This document shows, piece after piece, positions 1 to 10,246 of a DNA stretch of 64,000 nucleotides. Within the stretch, counting starts at the first letter, position 1; each line of letters starts with the position of its first letter. The position numbers were made by a program, and so were the translations under genes. The notes under the pieces are model-generated. The model was not told where the DNA came from. It worked only from the letters and a program-made list of their open reading frames with translations, and made no database searches. The stretch is from Hyphomicrobiales bacterium (GTDB taxonomy: Bacteria > Pseudomonadota > Alphaproteobacteria > Rhizobiales > Aestuariivirgaceae), in contig JANNBH010000028.1 in assembly GCA_031385245.1 (NCBI GenBank), positions 26,540 through 90,539 on the forward strand, written 5' to 3'.

Positions 1-785
1 GTGGTATACTCACCTTCCTGCAAAACGCGCAGCAAACGGGTTTGCGCTTCAAGTGGCATGTCGCCAATTTCATCCAAGAAAAGACTACCACCTTCGGCCT
101 GTTCAAAGCGCCCAGCCATGCGGCTGTTGGCGCCGGTAAAGGAACCCTTCTCGTGGCCGAAGAGTTCTGACTCAATAAGTTCGCGCGGGATTGCCGCCAT
201 GTTCACAGCAACGAAGGCGCCCTTCTTGCGCTTGCTATAATCATGCAAAGCCCGCGCAACCAATTCTTTGCCCGTGCCACTTTCGCCAACAATTGTAACA
301 GTGAGATCAGTTTGGGTGAGCCTTGCAATCATGCGGTAAATATCTTGCATGGCGGAAGAACGACCAATGATTGGCAAGTTCTCAGACTTCTCAGGAATTT
401 TTGTTATTGGCGATTTCTTAAGTTGCTCAAGCGCGCGGGCCACCGTTTGAATGAGAGCGTTAATGTCGAAGGGCTTGGGCAAATAATCATAAGCCCCAAG
501 TTCTGCCGAACGAATTGCCGTCATAATTGTGTTCTGTGCGCTCATCACGATCACTGGCAAAGTGGGCCGCAATTTTTTAATGCGCGGCAAAACATCAAAG
601 GCATTCTCATCTGGCAACACAACGTCAGTCACCACAATATCGCCCTGCCCGTCTGAAACCCAGCGCCAGAGGTTTGTTGCTGTTGATGTTGCACGAACCG
701 CATAGCCCGCGCGTGTCAGCGCTTGAGTCAGCACTGTTCGAATTGCGCTGTCATCATCAACCAAAAGAACTGTTTTAACATTCAT
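1..785 (-). CDS. ntrC: Nitrogen regulation response regulator NtrC (5' part; runs off window start)
   Basis: Minus-strand ATG at 785 reads [19 protein letters not shown]... (receiver domain), with sigma54 AAA+ motif [13 protein letters not shown] further on; directly downstream of ntrB. Confidence 0.93.
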   Translation of the reverse strand, partial: MNVKTVLLVDDDSAIRTVLTQALTRAGYAVRATSTATNLWRWVSDGQGDIVVTDVVLPDENAFDVLPRIKKLRPTLPVIVMSAQNTIMTAIRSAELGAYDYLPKPFDINALIQTVARALEQLKKSPITKIPEKSENLPIIGRSSAMQDIYRMIARLTQTDLTVTIVGESGTGKELVARALHDYSKRKKGAFVAVNMAAIPRELIESELFGHEKGSFTGANSRMAGRFEQAEGGSLFLDEIGDMPLEAQTRLLRVLQEGEYT

Positions 786-789
786 AAGT

Positions 790-1908
790 TCAGTCCTTTT
801 CTAAGTTTTCTAGAGAAACATCATCGCCTTTGATCAAGGGCAGAAGCACACGGAAGGTTGAGCCACCATCGCGGGTTTTATATTCAACCACGCCACCATG
901 ATCGCGCACGATTTTTGCAACCAGCGCCAGCCCCAAGCCTTTGCCTTGCGGTTTGCTGGTGACGAAGGGATCAAAAATATGCGGCAGCAATTCATCGGCA
1001 ATGCCATTGCCGCTGTCATGCACACACACTTCGAGAGGCAGAGAAACTTTATCAGTTGACCCAGCAACAGAAAGCTTCATGCCAGGGCGGAATGCTGTTG
1101 TGAATATAACTTCGCGCTGGCCTTCGCTTTCCCGCACAGCATCAACCGCGTTGCGGGCAAGGTTTAAGAATACCTGCACCAATTGATCATGGTTGCCATT
1201 TACGGCGGGAAGTGATGGATCATAATCCTCAAGCAACGCAACATCAGCTTCGCCACTTGCTATAATCAATTGCTTCACACGATCCAAAACAACATGAATG
1301 TTAATGGGTTGGCGCACGAGCGGGCGTTCATCGGAGAACACTTCCATTTGGTCTACCAAATCGCGGATGCGGTCAGTTTCATCGCAAATCAACCGCGCCA
1401 AGGCCCGGTCTTCATCGGCCAATCCAGGCTCTAGCAATTGTGCAGCCCCACGAATGCCTGATAGCGGATTTTTAATTTCATGCGCCAGCATTGAGGCCAT
1501 TCCCGAAACTGAACGCGCCGCCCCTTGATGCGAAAGCTGCATATCAAATTTATGGGCCATGGAGCGGCGCAGAAGCATGACCAAAATGAATCGCGGATCT
1601 TCGCTCACCAAAGCTGTTTGCAAATCTACAATGCGCTCACCACCCATACGCGGTGTGCCCACGGTGATCTCATATTCATTGACCACACCGCCAATCTCGC
1701 GCACTTGTTCAACGGCGTGCAAAGCTGGGCTAGAGAATGGCATAAGATCAGCGAATTTATGACGCATCAAAACAGTTTTGCTGGTTTGAAAAAAATCTTC
1801 GCTGGTGCTGTTCACCATGCATATGCGATTTTCAGCATCCAAAATGAGCAGCGGGTTCGGCAATGAATCAAATATGGCGCGAAGGGCTGGAAGGGTCTCA
1901 CTGCTCAT
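790..1908 (-). CDS. ntrB: PAS histidine kinase NtrB
   Basis: PAS N-terminus, H-box [10 protein letters not shown]-box, G-boxes DSGNGI and GKGLGL; dusB-ntrB-ntrC synteny. Confidence 0.93.
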   Translation of the reverse strand: MSSETLPALRAIFDSLPNPLLILDAENRICMVNSTSEDFFQTSKTVLMRHKFADLMPFSSPALHAVEQVREIGGVVNEYEITVGTPRMGGERIVDLQTALVSEDPRFILVMLLRRSMAHKFDMQLSHQGAARSVSGMASMLAHEIKNPLSGIRGAAQLLEPGLADEDRALARLICDETDRIRDLVDQMEVFSDERPLVRQPINIHVVLDRVKQLIIASGEADVALLEDYDPSLPAVNGNHDQLVQVFLNLARNAVDAVRESEGQREVIFTTAFRPGMKLSVAGSTDKVSLPLEVCVHDSGNGIADELLPHIFDPFVTSKPQGKGLGLALVAKIVRDHGGVVEYKTRDGGSTFRVLLPLIKGDDVSLENLEKD

Positions 1909-2912
1909 GCGGCCACCTGCAATTGCTCAGAGTAAATATGAGTGAGGCCCACACTAACGCGGGCATTATCTTTTTCAGTCAGCAGGCCTGCACGCAGATT
2001 TTGGGTTTGCTCAAGCGTTAAAAGCTGTCTCTCCAAAAGACGCGTAATGGCCCAGCCCAAGTGTTTGCGGAAAGTGCGGTTGCCAAGCACATCGCCATAC
2101 AGCGAAAGCGTTTCATCTTGCTGCGAAAGCAAATAGCTGCATTCTTTTGCAAGGCTTGGTGCGGCTTTGCCTGTTCCAGCTTCTAATCCTTCGGCAATAA
2201 CACCAGCCCACCACGGTCTGCCATAAGTGGAGCGACCAAGCATCACACCATCAGCACCTGAGGCTTTCATCATGGCACGGGCATCCTCAACTGAGTTGCC
2301 ATCACCATTTGCGATGAGCGGAATCGATATCACGTTCCGCACAGCGCGAATGGCCTTCCAATCGGCCTTGCCTGTATAAAACTGGCACCGTGTGCGGCCA
2401 TGCACGGTGATCAAAGCAACACCCGCTTGCTCAGCCCGCCTAGCGAGTTCGGGCGCATTCAATGAATTCTCATCCCAACCCAATCGCATTTTCAGCGTCA
2501 CCGGAACCTGCGATGCAGCAACCGTAGCTTCAACCAATGTGATCGCGTGATCTATATTTCGCATCAGGGCTGAACCCGAAAGCCCTCCCGTCACTTGCCG
2601 CGCCGGGCAGCCCATATTGATGTCAATTATATCAGCGCCCATGTCTTGTGCGACGCGAGCCCCTTCACTCATCCATTTGGCTTCGCGGCCAGCAAGCTGC
2701 ATCACGAAGGGTGAAAGATTTTTGCCACCCTTGGCACGGCGCATCATGTCTGGCCGCTCACGCACCAATTCTTCACTAGCCACCATTTCAGAAACCACCA
2801 AGCCCGCACCCGCCTCATGGGCCACCGCGCGAAAAGGCTCATCTGTAATGCCAGACATGGGAGCCAAAAACACGGAATTGCGTGTTTTGATGTTTCCAAT
2901 AGATATGCTCAT
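1905..2912 (-). CDS. dusB: tRNA-dihydrouridine synthase DusB (NifR3)
   Basis: LAPMSG, IDINMGCP, HGRTR motifs. Confidence 0.95.
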   Translation of the reverse strand: MSISIGNIKTRNSVFLAPMSGITDEPFRAVAHEAGAGLVVSEMVASEELVRERPDMMRRAKGGKNLSPFVMQLAGREAKWMSEGARVAQDMGADIIDINMGCPARQVTGGLSGSALMRNIDHAITLVEATVAASQVPVTLKMRLGWDENSLNAPELARRAEQAGVALITVHGRTRCQFYTGKADWKAIRAVRNVISIPLIANGDGNSVEDARAMMKASGADGVMLGRSTYGRPWWAGVIAEGLEAGTGKAAPSLAKECSYLLSQQDETLSLYGDVLGNRTFRKHLGWAITRLLERQLLTLEQTQNLRAGLLTEKDNARVSVGLTHIYSEQLQVAA

Positions 2913-3033
2913 TTATTAGGCAATTACCTTCACGGCTGAATTATTAGGCATGATACGCTGCAATGCAACAAGGTCAAGCAAAAAGCGCATGTATAGCATT
3001 CTCATTCCAGCATGAATCCTCTATGCCAATTGC

Positions 3034-4206
3034 ATGACAGTTGCGGCAGTTATAGTGGCAGGCGGCGTTGGCCTGCGCGCTGGTGGCGAAAAGCCCAAGC
3101 AATATCAACTCATTGGTGGAAAACCTGTGATTTGGTGGACGCTGAAGGCATTTCTTGATCATCCCCAAGTTTCGCATGTGCAAGCAGTGGTGGCCGAGGG
3201 CCATGATGAATTATATGCGACGGCCACAGAAGGCCTCATCCTGCCAGCATTTGTTCTGGGCGGAGCATCAAGGCAGGAATCCTGCCGATTGGGCCTTGAG
3301 GCTTGCGCTCATTATTCACCAAGCAAAGTGATGATCCATGATGCGGCACGGCCATTTATCTCACAGCACATGATTAGCAATGTGATTGCTGAGCTTGATC
3401 ATGCGGCTGGCGTGATCCCTGGATTACCAGTTGCCGACACGATGAAACATGCGCCGGGTGGCGTGATCAATAAAACAGTAAATCGTGCTGCCATGTGGTT
3501 TGTGCAAACACCGCAGGGGTTTCTGTTCACCGAAATTTTAAGCGCGCATCGCACTGCGGCAGCTGAAGCCGTGAGCGGCCTTACCGACGATGCTTCAGTT
3601 GCTGAATATGCTGGCATACCAGTTCGCATTATCGCTGGCGATCACGACAATAAAAAAATGACCACCAGTGAAGATATTGAAATTGCCAATGCCGCGCTGA
3701 GCCAAAAAATGTTTTCAGATCGACCAGATATTCGCACTGGCCAAGGCATCGATTTCCATATTTTTGCAGCGGGCAAAACCGTTACTTTGCTGGGTGTAGC
3801 AATTCCCCACACCCATAAACTCAAAGGCCATTCCGATGCTGATGTGGCTATGCACGCATTAACAGATGCCATTCTTGGTGCGATTGGCGAAGGTGATATT
3901 GGCACCCATTTTCCACCATCTGATATGCAATGGAAAAATGCGGCCTCTTCCATATTCTTAAAAAAAGCGATGGACTTGCTTCATGCACGTAGTGGTATTC
4001 TCGCCAATGTAGATATTACCATTTTAGCGGAGGCTCCAAAAATCAGCCCGCATATTCCGGCGATGAAGGCAGTTCTTTCTCCCCTGCTCCACATTGTGCC
4101 TGATCGCATTGCCATTAAAGCCACCACAACTGAAAAGCTGGGTGCCATTGGCCGCAAAGAAGGCATGGCTGCATCTGCAATTGCCACGGTGAGGTTACCA
4201 CTATGA
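3034..4206 (+). CDS. ispDF: Bifunctional IspD/IspF
   Basis: IspD motifs AGGxGxR..KQY, HDAARP, QTPQGF fused to IspF motifs GHSDADV, GDIGTHFP. Confidence 0.95.
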   Translation: MTVAAVIVAGGVGLRAGGEKPKQYQLIGGKPVIWWTLKAFLDHPQVSHVQAVVAEGHDELYATATEGLILPAFVLGGASRQESCRLGLEACAHYSPSKVMIHDAARPFISQHMISNVIAELDHAAGVIPGLPVADTMKHAPGGVINKTVNRAAMWFVQTPQGFLFTEILSAHRTAAAEAVSGLTDDASVAEYAGIPVRIIAGDHDNKKMTTSEDIEIANAALSQKMFSDRPDIRTGQGIDFHIFAAGKTVTLLGVAIPHTHKLKGHSDADVAMHALTDAILGAIGEGDIGTHFPPSDMQWKNAASSIFLKKAMDLLHARSGILANVDITILAEAPKISPHIPAMKAVLSPLLHIVPDRIAIKATTTEKLGAIGRKEGMAASAIATVRLPL

Positions 4207-4682
4207 CTTTAGCCGAACAGGTGTTTCAAAAACTCTCCGCACACGGATTAAAATTGGCAACGGCGGAAAGTTGCACAGGCGGCATGGTTGCGGCAGCGAT
4301 TACTGATGTTGCCGGATCATCTACCGTTTTTGATCGTGGCTTTGTCACTTATTCCAACGCCGCCAAATCAGACATGCTTTCTGTGCCATCAGACTTAATT
4401 GATGAATTTGGAGCCGTGAGCGAAGAAGTGGCCCGAGCCATGGCACAAGGCGCACTCAAACATTCGGTGGCAGATATCAGTGTTGCGATTACCGGCGTGG
4501 CTGGCCCCAGCGGCGGCTCTGCTGAAAAGCCTGTGGGACTTGTTCATTTTGCAGTGGCCACAAACCATAGCATCATTGCTAAAGTTCAACGCTTTGGCAA
4601 TTTATCACGCAGCGAAATTCGTGAGCGAGCAACACATTTCGCATTAGAAATGGTGCTCGCTGCCGAAATTAAGCGCCCCTAA
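4203..4682 (+). CDS. CinA C-terminal family / NMN deamidase PncC-like
   Basis: AESCTGG, GFVTYSN, ITGVAGP motifs. Confidence 0.9.
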   Translation: MTLAEQVFQKLSAHGLKLATAESCTGGMVAAAITDVAGSSTVFDRGFVTYSNAAKSDMLSVPSDLIDEFGAVSEEVARAMAQGALKHSVADISVAITGVAGPSGGSAEKPVGLVHFAVATNHSIIAKVQRFGNLSRSEIRERATHFALEMVLAAEIKRP

Positions 4683-4839
4683 GCAGGCAAGCTAAAGCCA
4701 ACACAACATAAGCAATTGCCATGAGCCAAACTGATGCAATGGGCAGTCCAGGAATAACACCCAAGGCAGCCAATGCGGCAACTATGGCAATAACAACAGT
4801 AATGATGAAAACGAGAGTGGTTGGAGGGCTAAGACGCAT
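4669..4839 (-). CDS. Small two-TM membrane protein
   Basis: 56-aa hydrophobic ORF MRLSPPTT... preceded by GAGGAG RBS. Confidence 0.7.
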   Translation of the reverse strand: MRLSPPTTLVFIITVVIAIVAALAALGVIPGLPIASVWLMAIAYVVLALACLLRGA

Positions 4840-4919
4840 AGTATTTCTCCTCTGATGCAAAGCCATCATAACAGGAGTCGCAGCCACGACTTATGCCATT
4901 CTACCACTGTGGATAAAAC

Positions 4920-6746
4920 TCACTCCACCGTAACAGATTTTGCCAAATTGCGCGGCTGATCCACATCAGTGCCGATGAACACAGCGGCATGATAGGCGAG
5001 CAACTGCACAGGGATAGCATACATCAATGGGCTGATGAACGGGTGCGCCACTGGTACGCGAATATGCTTAAAGGTTTTATGGGCATTATCTTTGTGAGAA
5101 TGATCGTCCGTGATCAAAACAATTTTCCCACCACGGGCTGCCACCTCTTCCATGTTGGAAATGGTTTTTTCATAAAGCTCATCACGCGGCGCAATCACAA
5201 TCACTGGCACATGCTCATCCACCAAGGCGATGGGGCCATGCTTCAATTCACCAGCAGCATAACCTTCGGCATGAATGTATGAAATTTCTTTAAGCTTCAA
5301 AGCGCCTTCAAGCGCCAGTGGATAATTGATGCCACGGCCCAAAAACAGCACATCCCGTGCTTTGGAAATTTCATGTGCAACTGCTTGTATGCTTTTTTCT
5401 TCCTTTAGAATCTCAGTCATGTGGCGTGGCGCTTCAATAAGTGCCGTTACATATTCACGTTCTAATTCCGGCGATAAAGTTCCGCGCAATTTTCCTGCCA
5501 GCAATGCTAAGCACGCAAGGGCAGCCAACTGGCAAGTGAAAGCCTTGGTGGAAGCAACGCCAATCTCAGGCCCAGCGTAAGTGCGGAGCACCAATTCAGA
5601 TTCACGCGCGATGGTGGATTCCGGCACGTTGATAATCGCAATCGTGTGCTGGCCTTGCGATTTGCAATAACGTAAGGCCGCTAATGTATCAGCCGTTTCA
5701 CCTGACTGCGAAATAACGATGGCTACTCCATTTTTACTCATTGGTGCTTCGCGGTAACGAAACTCGGAGGCAATATCAACTTCAGTGGGCAGCCGCGCCA
5801 CTTTTTCAAACCAATACTTTGCGGCATGACCCGCATAAGATGCTGTGCCACAGGCTGTAATCGTCAAACGGTCAAGTGTGGCAAAATCGAATGGCAGTGA
5901 TGCAGGCACCTTCACGGTTCGCGTGGCAAAATCAATATATTCAGCCAAAGTGTGCCCAACCACTTCGGGCTGCTCTTCAATCTCTTTGGCCATAAAGTGA
6001 CGGTGATTGCCCTTATCCACCATCATCGCCGAGGCTTGGCTGAAACTCATTGGCCGCTTGATTGGATTGTTATCTTCGCCATAAATCTGCATCGAATTGC
6101 GCGTGAGCACCACCCAATCGCCATCTTCCAAATAGGTAATGCGGTTCGTGAAAGGCGAGAGTGCGATGGCATCTGAACCCAAAAACATTTGCCCGTCACC
6201 ATGGCCCACGGCAAGCGGTGGCCCATTGCGTGCCCCCACTAACAAATCATTTTCAGATTTGAACATTATTGCCAGAGCAAATGCGCCGCGCAAAAGACTA
6301 AGCACGTTTTTCACAGCATCAACAGGTTCCGCACCTTTTGCTCGTTCCTGAGCCAGTAAATGCGCTACAACTTCAGTGTCAGTCTGCGTGGCGAATTTAT
6401 ATCCAGCCGCTTCAAGTTCGACTTTTAATTCCTGAAAATTCTCGATAATGCCATTGTGAACAATCACTACATCGCCTGAAATATGCGGGTGGGCATTGGT
6501 TTCATTCGGCACACCATGCGTGGCCCAGCGTGTGTGGCCAATGCCACTGTGGCCTTGCAATGGGGCCTCACGCAAACGATCCTCCAAATTGCGAAGTTTG
6601 CCAGGCGCACGGCGGCGCTCAATGCTGCCATTCTCAATGGTGGCCACACCGGCTGAATCATAGCCGCGATATTCTAAGCGGCGCAGCGCTTCAACAATAT
6701 CTAATGCAACTGGTTTGGTGCCTAAAATGCCAACAATGCCACACAT
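4920..6746 (-). CDS. glmS: Glutamine-fructose-6-phosphate transaminase
   Basis: N-terminal MCGIVG, GHTRWATHG, C-terminal PRNLAKSVTVE. Confidence 0.97.
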   Translation of the reverse strand: MCGIVGILGTKPVALDIVEALRRLEYRGYDSAGVATIENGSIERRRAPGKLRNLEDRLREAPLQGHSGIGHTRWATHGVPNETNAHPHISGDVVIVHNGIIENFQELKVELEAAGYKFATQTDTEVVAHLLAQERAKGAEPVDAVKNVLSLLRGAFALAIMFKSENDLLVGARNGPPLAVGHGDGQMFLGSDAIALSPFTNRITYLEDGDWVVLTRNSMQIYGEDNNPIKRPMSFSQASAMMVDKGNHRHFMAKEIEEQPEVVGHTLAEYIDFATRTVKVPASLPFDFATLDRLTITACGTASYAGHAAKYWFEKVARLPTEVDIASEFRYREAPMSKNGVAIVISQSGETADTLAALRYCKSQGQHTIAIINVPESTIARESELVLRTYAGPEIGVASTKAFTCQLAALACLALLAGKLRGTLSPELEREYVTALIEAPRHMTEILKEEKSIQAVAHEISKARDVLFLGRGINYPLALEGALKLKEISYIHAEGYAAGELKHGPIALVDEHVPVIVIAPRDELYEKTISNMEEVAARGGKIVLITDDHSHKDNAHKTFKHIRVPVAHPFISPLMYAIPVQLLAYHAAVFIGTDVDQPRNLAKSVTVE

Positions 6747-6758
6747 GTTTTATCGTCC

Positions 6759-8114
6759 TTATTTCTTCGCCGCTTTGCGCGCTGCTTTAACTGTTCGATA
6801 TTTTTTGGCCCATCCGGCCTTAATTTCTTGGGGGCTGCGCGAAAGTACTAAAGCATCTTCAGGCACATCGGCGGTGATCACGCTGCCTGCTGCAATGTTC
6901 ACGCCATTGCCAATTTTCACCGGCGCAATGAGTGATGTGTTTGAACCCACGAAAACTTTTTCACCAATTTCGGTGAGGTGCTTTTCATAGCCATCATAGT
7001 TGCAAGTGATGGTGCCTGCCCCAATGTTGCTGCCTGCGCCCACAATGGCATCGCCAATATAAGTGAGGTGATTGGCTTTTGCGCCCTTTCCAATTTTGGC
7101 TTTCTTCACTTCCACAAAATTACCAATATGGGCATCCGCACCAATCTCGGCTCCGGGGCGCAGCCGCGCGTAAGGACCTATACGCGCACCTTCGCCAATC
7201 ACCGCACCTTCAATATGCGAGAACGCTAAAATCTCAACGCCATTACCAACCGTAACACCCGGTCCAAAAACCACGTTGGGTTCAATCACCACGTCTTGCC
7301 CAATCACAGTATCAGCGGAAAAGAAAACCGATGCAGGGTCAACCAATGTGGCACCTGCCAACATTGCATTTCTGCGGCACCGATTTTGAAAACCTTCTTC
7401 AATTGCTGCAAGCTGCGTGCGGTCGTTAACGCCGGCAACCTCGGCTTCAGCACACACTGAAAGGGCAACTTCAAAGCCAGCATCAATGGTAAGGCCCACA
7501 AGGTCAGTAAGGTAATACTCTTTTTTTGCATTGGCATTGTGCAGCTTGGGCACTAACTGCCAGAGCAATTTGCTTTCAATGGCCATAATGCCGGAATTGC
7601 AAAGTGTGATGCGTTGCTCGGTTGATGAAGCATCGAGTTGCTCGCGAATTGCCGTAACACTTTCGCCTGACTGAATGAGACGCCCATAGCCAAAAGGATT
7701 AAGCGCCTCGAAGCCCAAAACCGCCATAGGATGCGTTGCGTTAATTTTGGCAAGCAGTGCTTTCAGAGTTGAAGTTTGAATCAGCGGCACATCGCCATAA
7801 AGAATGAGAACGGTGCCATTGAAACCAAGCAACGCATCACGCGCCATGGAAATCGCGTGGCCGGTACCTAAACGATCAACCTGCGCTGCAAATTGGCAAT
7901 CAGCAAAAAACTTGCGCGATTCAGTTCGCACCATCTCAGCGCTTGGCCCATGCACCACAACCGGTAATTTAGGCAACAAGCCCTGGGCTGCCGCCAGAAC
8001 GTGCCCAACCATCGACCGGTTTGCAACTTTATGCAAAACTTTGGGCAAAGCCGAGCGCATCCGCGTTCCCATACCAGCCGCCAACACTACAATAGCAAGA
8101 TCAGACATATTCAC
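6759..8114 (-). CDS. glmU: Bifunctional UDP-GlcNAc pyrophosphorylase / acetyltransferase
   Basis: LAAGMGTRM, EYYLTD, hexapeptide repeats, GNFVEVK, NYDG. Confidence 0.97.
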   Translation of the reverse strand: MNMSDLAIVVLAAGMGTRMRSALPKVLHKVANRSMVGHVLAAAQGLLPKLPVVVHGPSAEMVRTESRKFFADCQFAAQVDRLGTGHAISMARDALLGFNGTVLILYGDVPLIQTSTLKALLAKINATHPMAVLGFEALNPFGYGRLIQSGESVTAIREQLDASSTEQRITLCNSGIMAIESKLLWQLVPKLHNANAKKEYYLTDLVGLTIDAGFEVALSVCAEAEVAGVNDRTQLAAIEEGFQNRCRRNAMLAGATLVDPASVFFSADTVIGQDVVIEPNVVFGPGVTVGNGVEILAFSHIEGAVIGEGARIGPYARLRPGAEIGADAHIGNFVEVKKAKIGKGAKANHLTYIGDAIVGAGSNIGAGTITCNYDGYEKHLTEIGEKVFVGSNTSLIAPVKIGNGVNIAAGSVITADVPEDALVLSRSPQEIKAGWAKKYRTVKAARKAAKK

Positions 8115-8290
8115 CCCTAAAGAATCCCACTGCGTTTCTAGCTGTGAGAAGTGTCTAGTCCCTTATAATTGTGGCGTTTTTTCAATCTTGGTAAATGAAG
8201 TGTAAAAATGAAATACGCCCTTGACCATATGTTGCGCCGCAACTATGTTCCGCCCGCTTTCACAGACTCAATGTAAGTTTAGTGACGTGA

Positions 8291-8365
8291 GGGCCCATAG
8301 CTCAGCGGTAGAGCATCTGACTTTTAATCAGAGGGTCGTGGGTTCGAATCCCGCTGGGCTCACCA
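8291..8365 (+). tRNA. tRNA-Lys(TTT), integration site of island 1
   Basis: Cloverleaf GGGCCCA...TGGGCTC-ACCA, anticodon loop CTTTTAA, T-loop GTTCGAATC. Confidence 0.96.
8320..8365 (+). repeat. attL core of island 1 (46 bp)
   Basis: ACTTTTAATCAGAGGGTCGTGGGTTCGAATCCCGCTGGGCTCACCA identical at 35029-35074. Confidence 0.95.
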
Positions 8366-8412
8366 ACAAAATCAAAGACTTAGAGAGAAAATTACCATCA
8401 CTAGAAGCCTCT

Positions 8413-8431
8413 TAGTCACTTTCTAGTCGCA
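8413..8431 (+). repeat. Putative integrase arm-type site (left)
   Basis: TAGTCACTTTCTAGTCGCA matches TAGTCGCTTTCTAGTCGCA at 34877-34895 (1 mismatch); internal tandem TAGTCRC. Confidence 0.7.
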
Positions 8432-8523
8432 CTTTTGGTAGGCGAATAGGTGTTCTGTAGTGTTCAGACATGCGACTATCCTCAAAATGAAGAGAGAATG
8501 GATTCATTGTAAAGTTCCAGACA

Positions 8524-8543
8524 TGTGCTACATTGTAGCTACA
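8524..8543. promoter_or_regulatory. Putative DinJ/RelB autorepression operator
   Basis: TGTGCTACATTGTAGCTACA with overlapping palindromes just upstream of the antitoxin; identical copy at 55672-55691. Confidence 0.7.
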
Positions 8544-8559
8544 TTTAGGAAACAGACAT

Positions 8560-8850
8560 ATGACTGCACTCAACAAAACAGATATTGTACGCGCTCGCAT
8601 TGAACCAAAAGTGAAACGGGACGCCGAAAGCATCTTGAAGCGGCTCGGCGTATCGCACAGCACGTTTATCAATATGAGTTATCGCGCGGTTGTCGAGGAA
8701 GGCGGAATACCGCTTTCTCTCCATGTTCCCAACAAAGAAACCGCTCGTGTGCTGCGCGACGCACGGAATCCAACGAAACGTGCTGCCTATATAAAGGCTG
8801 GAACCCTTGACGCCTTCAAGGCCGCTCTTGGTACACCAACAAAGCGCTAG
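8560..8850 (+). CDS. dinJ: RelB/DinJ family antitoxin
   Basis: RHH-type VRARIEPKVK..A..IL..LG, GIPLSL..PN.ET; upstream of YafQ. Confidence 0.88.
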   Translation: MTALNKTDIVRARIEPKVKRDAESILKRLGVSHSTFINMSYRAVVEEGGIPLSLHVPNKETARVLRDARNPTKRAAYIKAGTLDAFKAALGTPTKR

Positions 8851-8853
8851 ACC

Positions 8854-9126
8854 ATGAGAAGAATTGAGTTTGGCTCGGCCTTTAAGAAAGACCACAAACG
8901 CATGGCAAAGCGGGGCGCTTCCTTCAGCAAACTGGATTCTGTTCTTGAGCTCCTAATGGCCGACACGCCACTCCCTCCACGGAATCGCCCACATATGCTG
9001 TCTGGCGAATGGAAGGGGTTCTGGGAGTGCCATGTCGAGCCAGACTGGCTTCTTATCTATGATTTCGACGATCCTGAGGTGTTGGCACTTCATCGCATGG
9101 GAACGCATTCTGATTTGTTCGAATGA
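8854..9126 (+). CDS. yafQ: YafQ family mRNA interferase toxin
   Basis: FKKD.K, H.LSGEW.G.WECHVEPDWLLIY, R.GTHSDLF. Confidence 0.92.
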   Translation: MRRIEFGSAFKKDHKRMAKRGASFSKLDSVLELLMADTPLPPRNRPHMLSGEWKGFWECHVEPDWLLIYDFDDPEVLALHRMGTHSDLFE

Positions 9127-9308
9127 CGATGAATGCAAGCAGCTACACTTGCATATTTAATGAAAACAATAAGAGGCAAGAAAAAAATGGCTCAACCAAG
9201 CCATGGTTTGGCTATGGGTCGCGAAACAGATATTGTGCGACATGCTAAGTGGTAGTTTTGCCACGTTTGGTCGCTTCCCCAAAAAAAGAAAAGCCTGATT
9301 CCTCAGGC

Positions 9309-9644
9309 TTAGTATTCATCGGCACACATGATCGTTAGAATCCGCAATGTGGCTTCTTCATTGGCGGGATCGACTGAACCTTGGTGCATAGCCAAATCAA
9401 AATAATCAATTTTCCAAAAGAACGTCGCACCATCAAGTTTGATCGAACCGAAATCATGTTCGCCATAAAGGTCGTTACCTTTCTCAAACCTATTGAAGGC
9501 TTTGACCTCTGCAATGAGCTTTTGTTGCACCTCTTCATCAAGCGCAGCCACGCCATCGGTCTTCATCACACGGCCACCAATGAAAGTTTGGCGGAAGCTG
9601 TCGTTGAGTGCGCGAATTTTGTCTGTGTTGCGATTGGTTTTCAT
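9309..9644 (-). CDS. DUF3768 family protein
   Basis: IRALNDSFR, GNDLYGEHDFG, FFWKIDY, RILTIM.ADEY pattern. Confidence 0.85.
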   Translation of the reverse strand: MKTNRNTDKIRALNDSFRQTFIGGRVMKTDGVAALDEEVQQKLIAEVKAFNRFEKGNDLYGEHDFGSIKLDGATFFWKIDYFDLAMHQGSVDPANEEATLRILTIMCADEY

Positions 9645-9793
9645 CTCCCTCTCCCCTTCTTCAAGCTCCGGACGATTCCGAAACTTGTTCGAAGGAACGA
9701 GGGTTTGGCCTTCGTCGCCTTTTCCTTATTTGAAAAATTGTCTATCTCTTTTGTTCATCTCACATGTCTATCTATATGTATGATGCGGGAATT

Positions 9794-9831
9794 CGCGTCA
9801 GCTTGCGCCAGAAGCTTCGTGAGCTGACGCG
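9794..9831. other. 10-bp inverted repeat between the HTH gene and DUF3768
   Basis: CGCGTCAGCT (9794-9803) / AGCTGACGCG (9822-9831); function unknown. Confidence 0.5.
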
Positions 9832-9857
9832 GGTTTTCGCGCCAGCTGGCGAAGTCA

Positions 9858-10238
9858 TTACATCTTCCACTTGCCCATCAACTGCTTTTTGAGGAAGCCA
9901 ACCTCTTCCAATTGCTCATCCGTCACATGCGCCAATCGACCGATGACACGGATTACTCGTGTATCTTTGGCCTTGTTCAAGTTGACCGAAAGCAACCCCT
10001 TGTCTTTCAACCGTTTGATATAATCCTGAACCTGCCTTTCGCTGATCCCCAACCAGTCGGCAAAATGTTCGTTGTGGGCAATGCAGCCAAACTTGCGGTC
10101 GAGCGAATAGATTTCCATGAAGATCAGCCGCTCATATCCGGTCAGCTCCGGCGTCAGCCAAATTTCTTTGGGGATATAGACCCCTTTGAAATCACGCTCC
10201 TGATTCATATGCCGCGAACCCATAGCGCCATTATACAC
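9858..10238 (-). CDS. Winged-helix protein (HTH_36-like, phage replication-initiator N-terminus type)
   Basis: FKGVYIPKEIW..ELT..E.LI..EI.SL..GC.A.NEHFA..LGISER.VQ..I..L; start could be 10208. Confidence 0.7.
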   Translation of the reverse strand: MYNGAMGSRHMNQERDFKGVYIPKEIWLTPELTGYERLIFMEIYSLDRKFGCIAHNEHFADWLGISERQVQDYIKRLKDKGLLSVNLNKAKDTRVIRVIGRLAHVTDEQLEEVGFLKKQLMGKWKM

Positions 10239-10246
10239 GATGCCAT

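Noticed and set aside
2913-3033. NtrC binding site or sigma54 promoter in the dusB/ispDF gap
   Set aside because: No adequate match to TGCACC-N5-GGTGCA or a convincing -24/-12 element by eye
9641-9758. Short minus-strand reading frame MNKRDRQFFK*GKG... upstream of DUF3768
   Set aside because: Stop after 10 codons and no recognisable family; cannot be supported as gene or pseudogene
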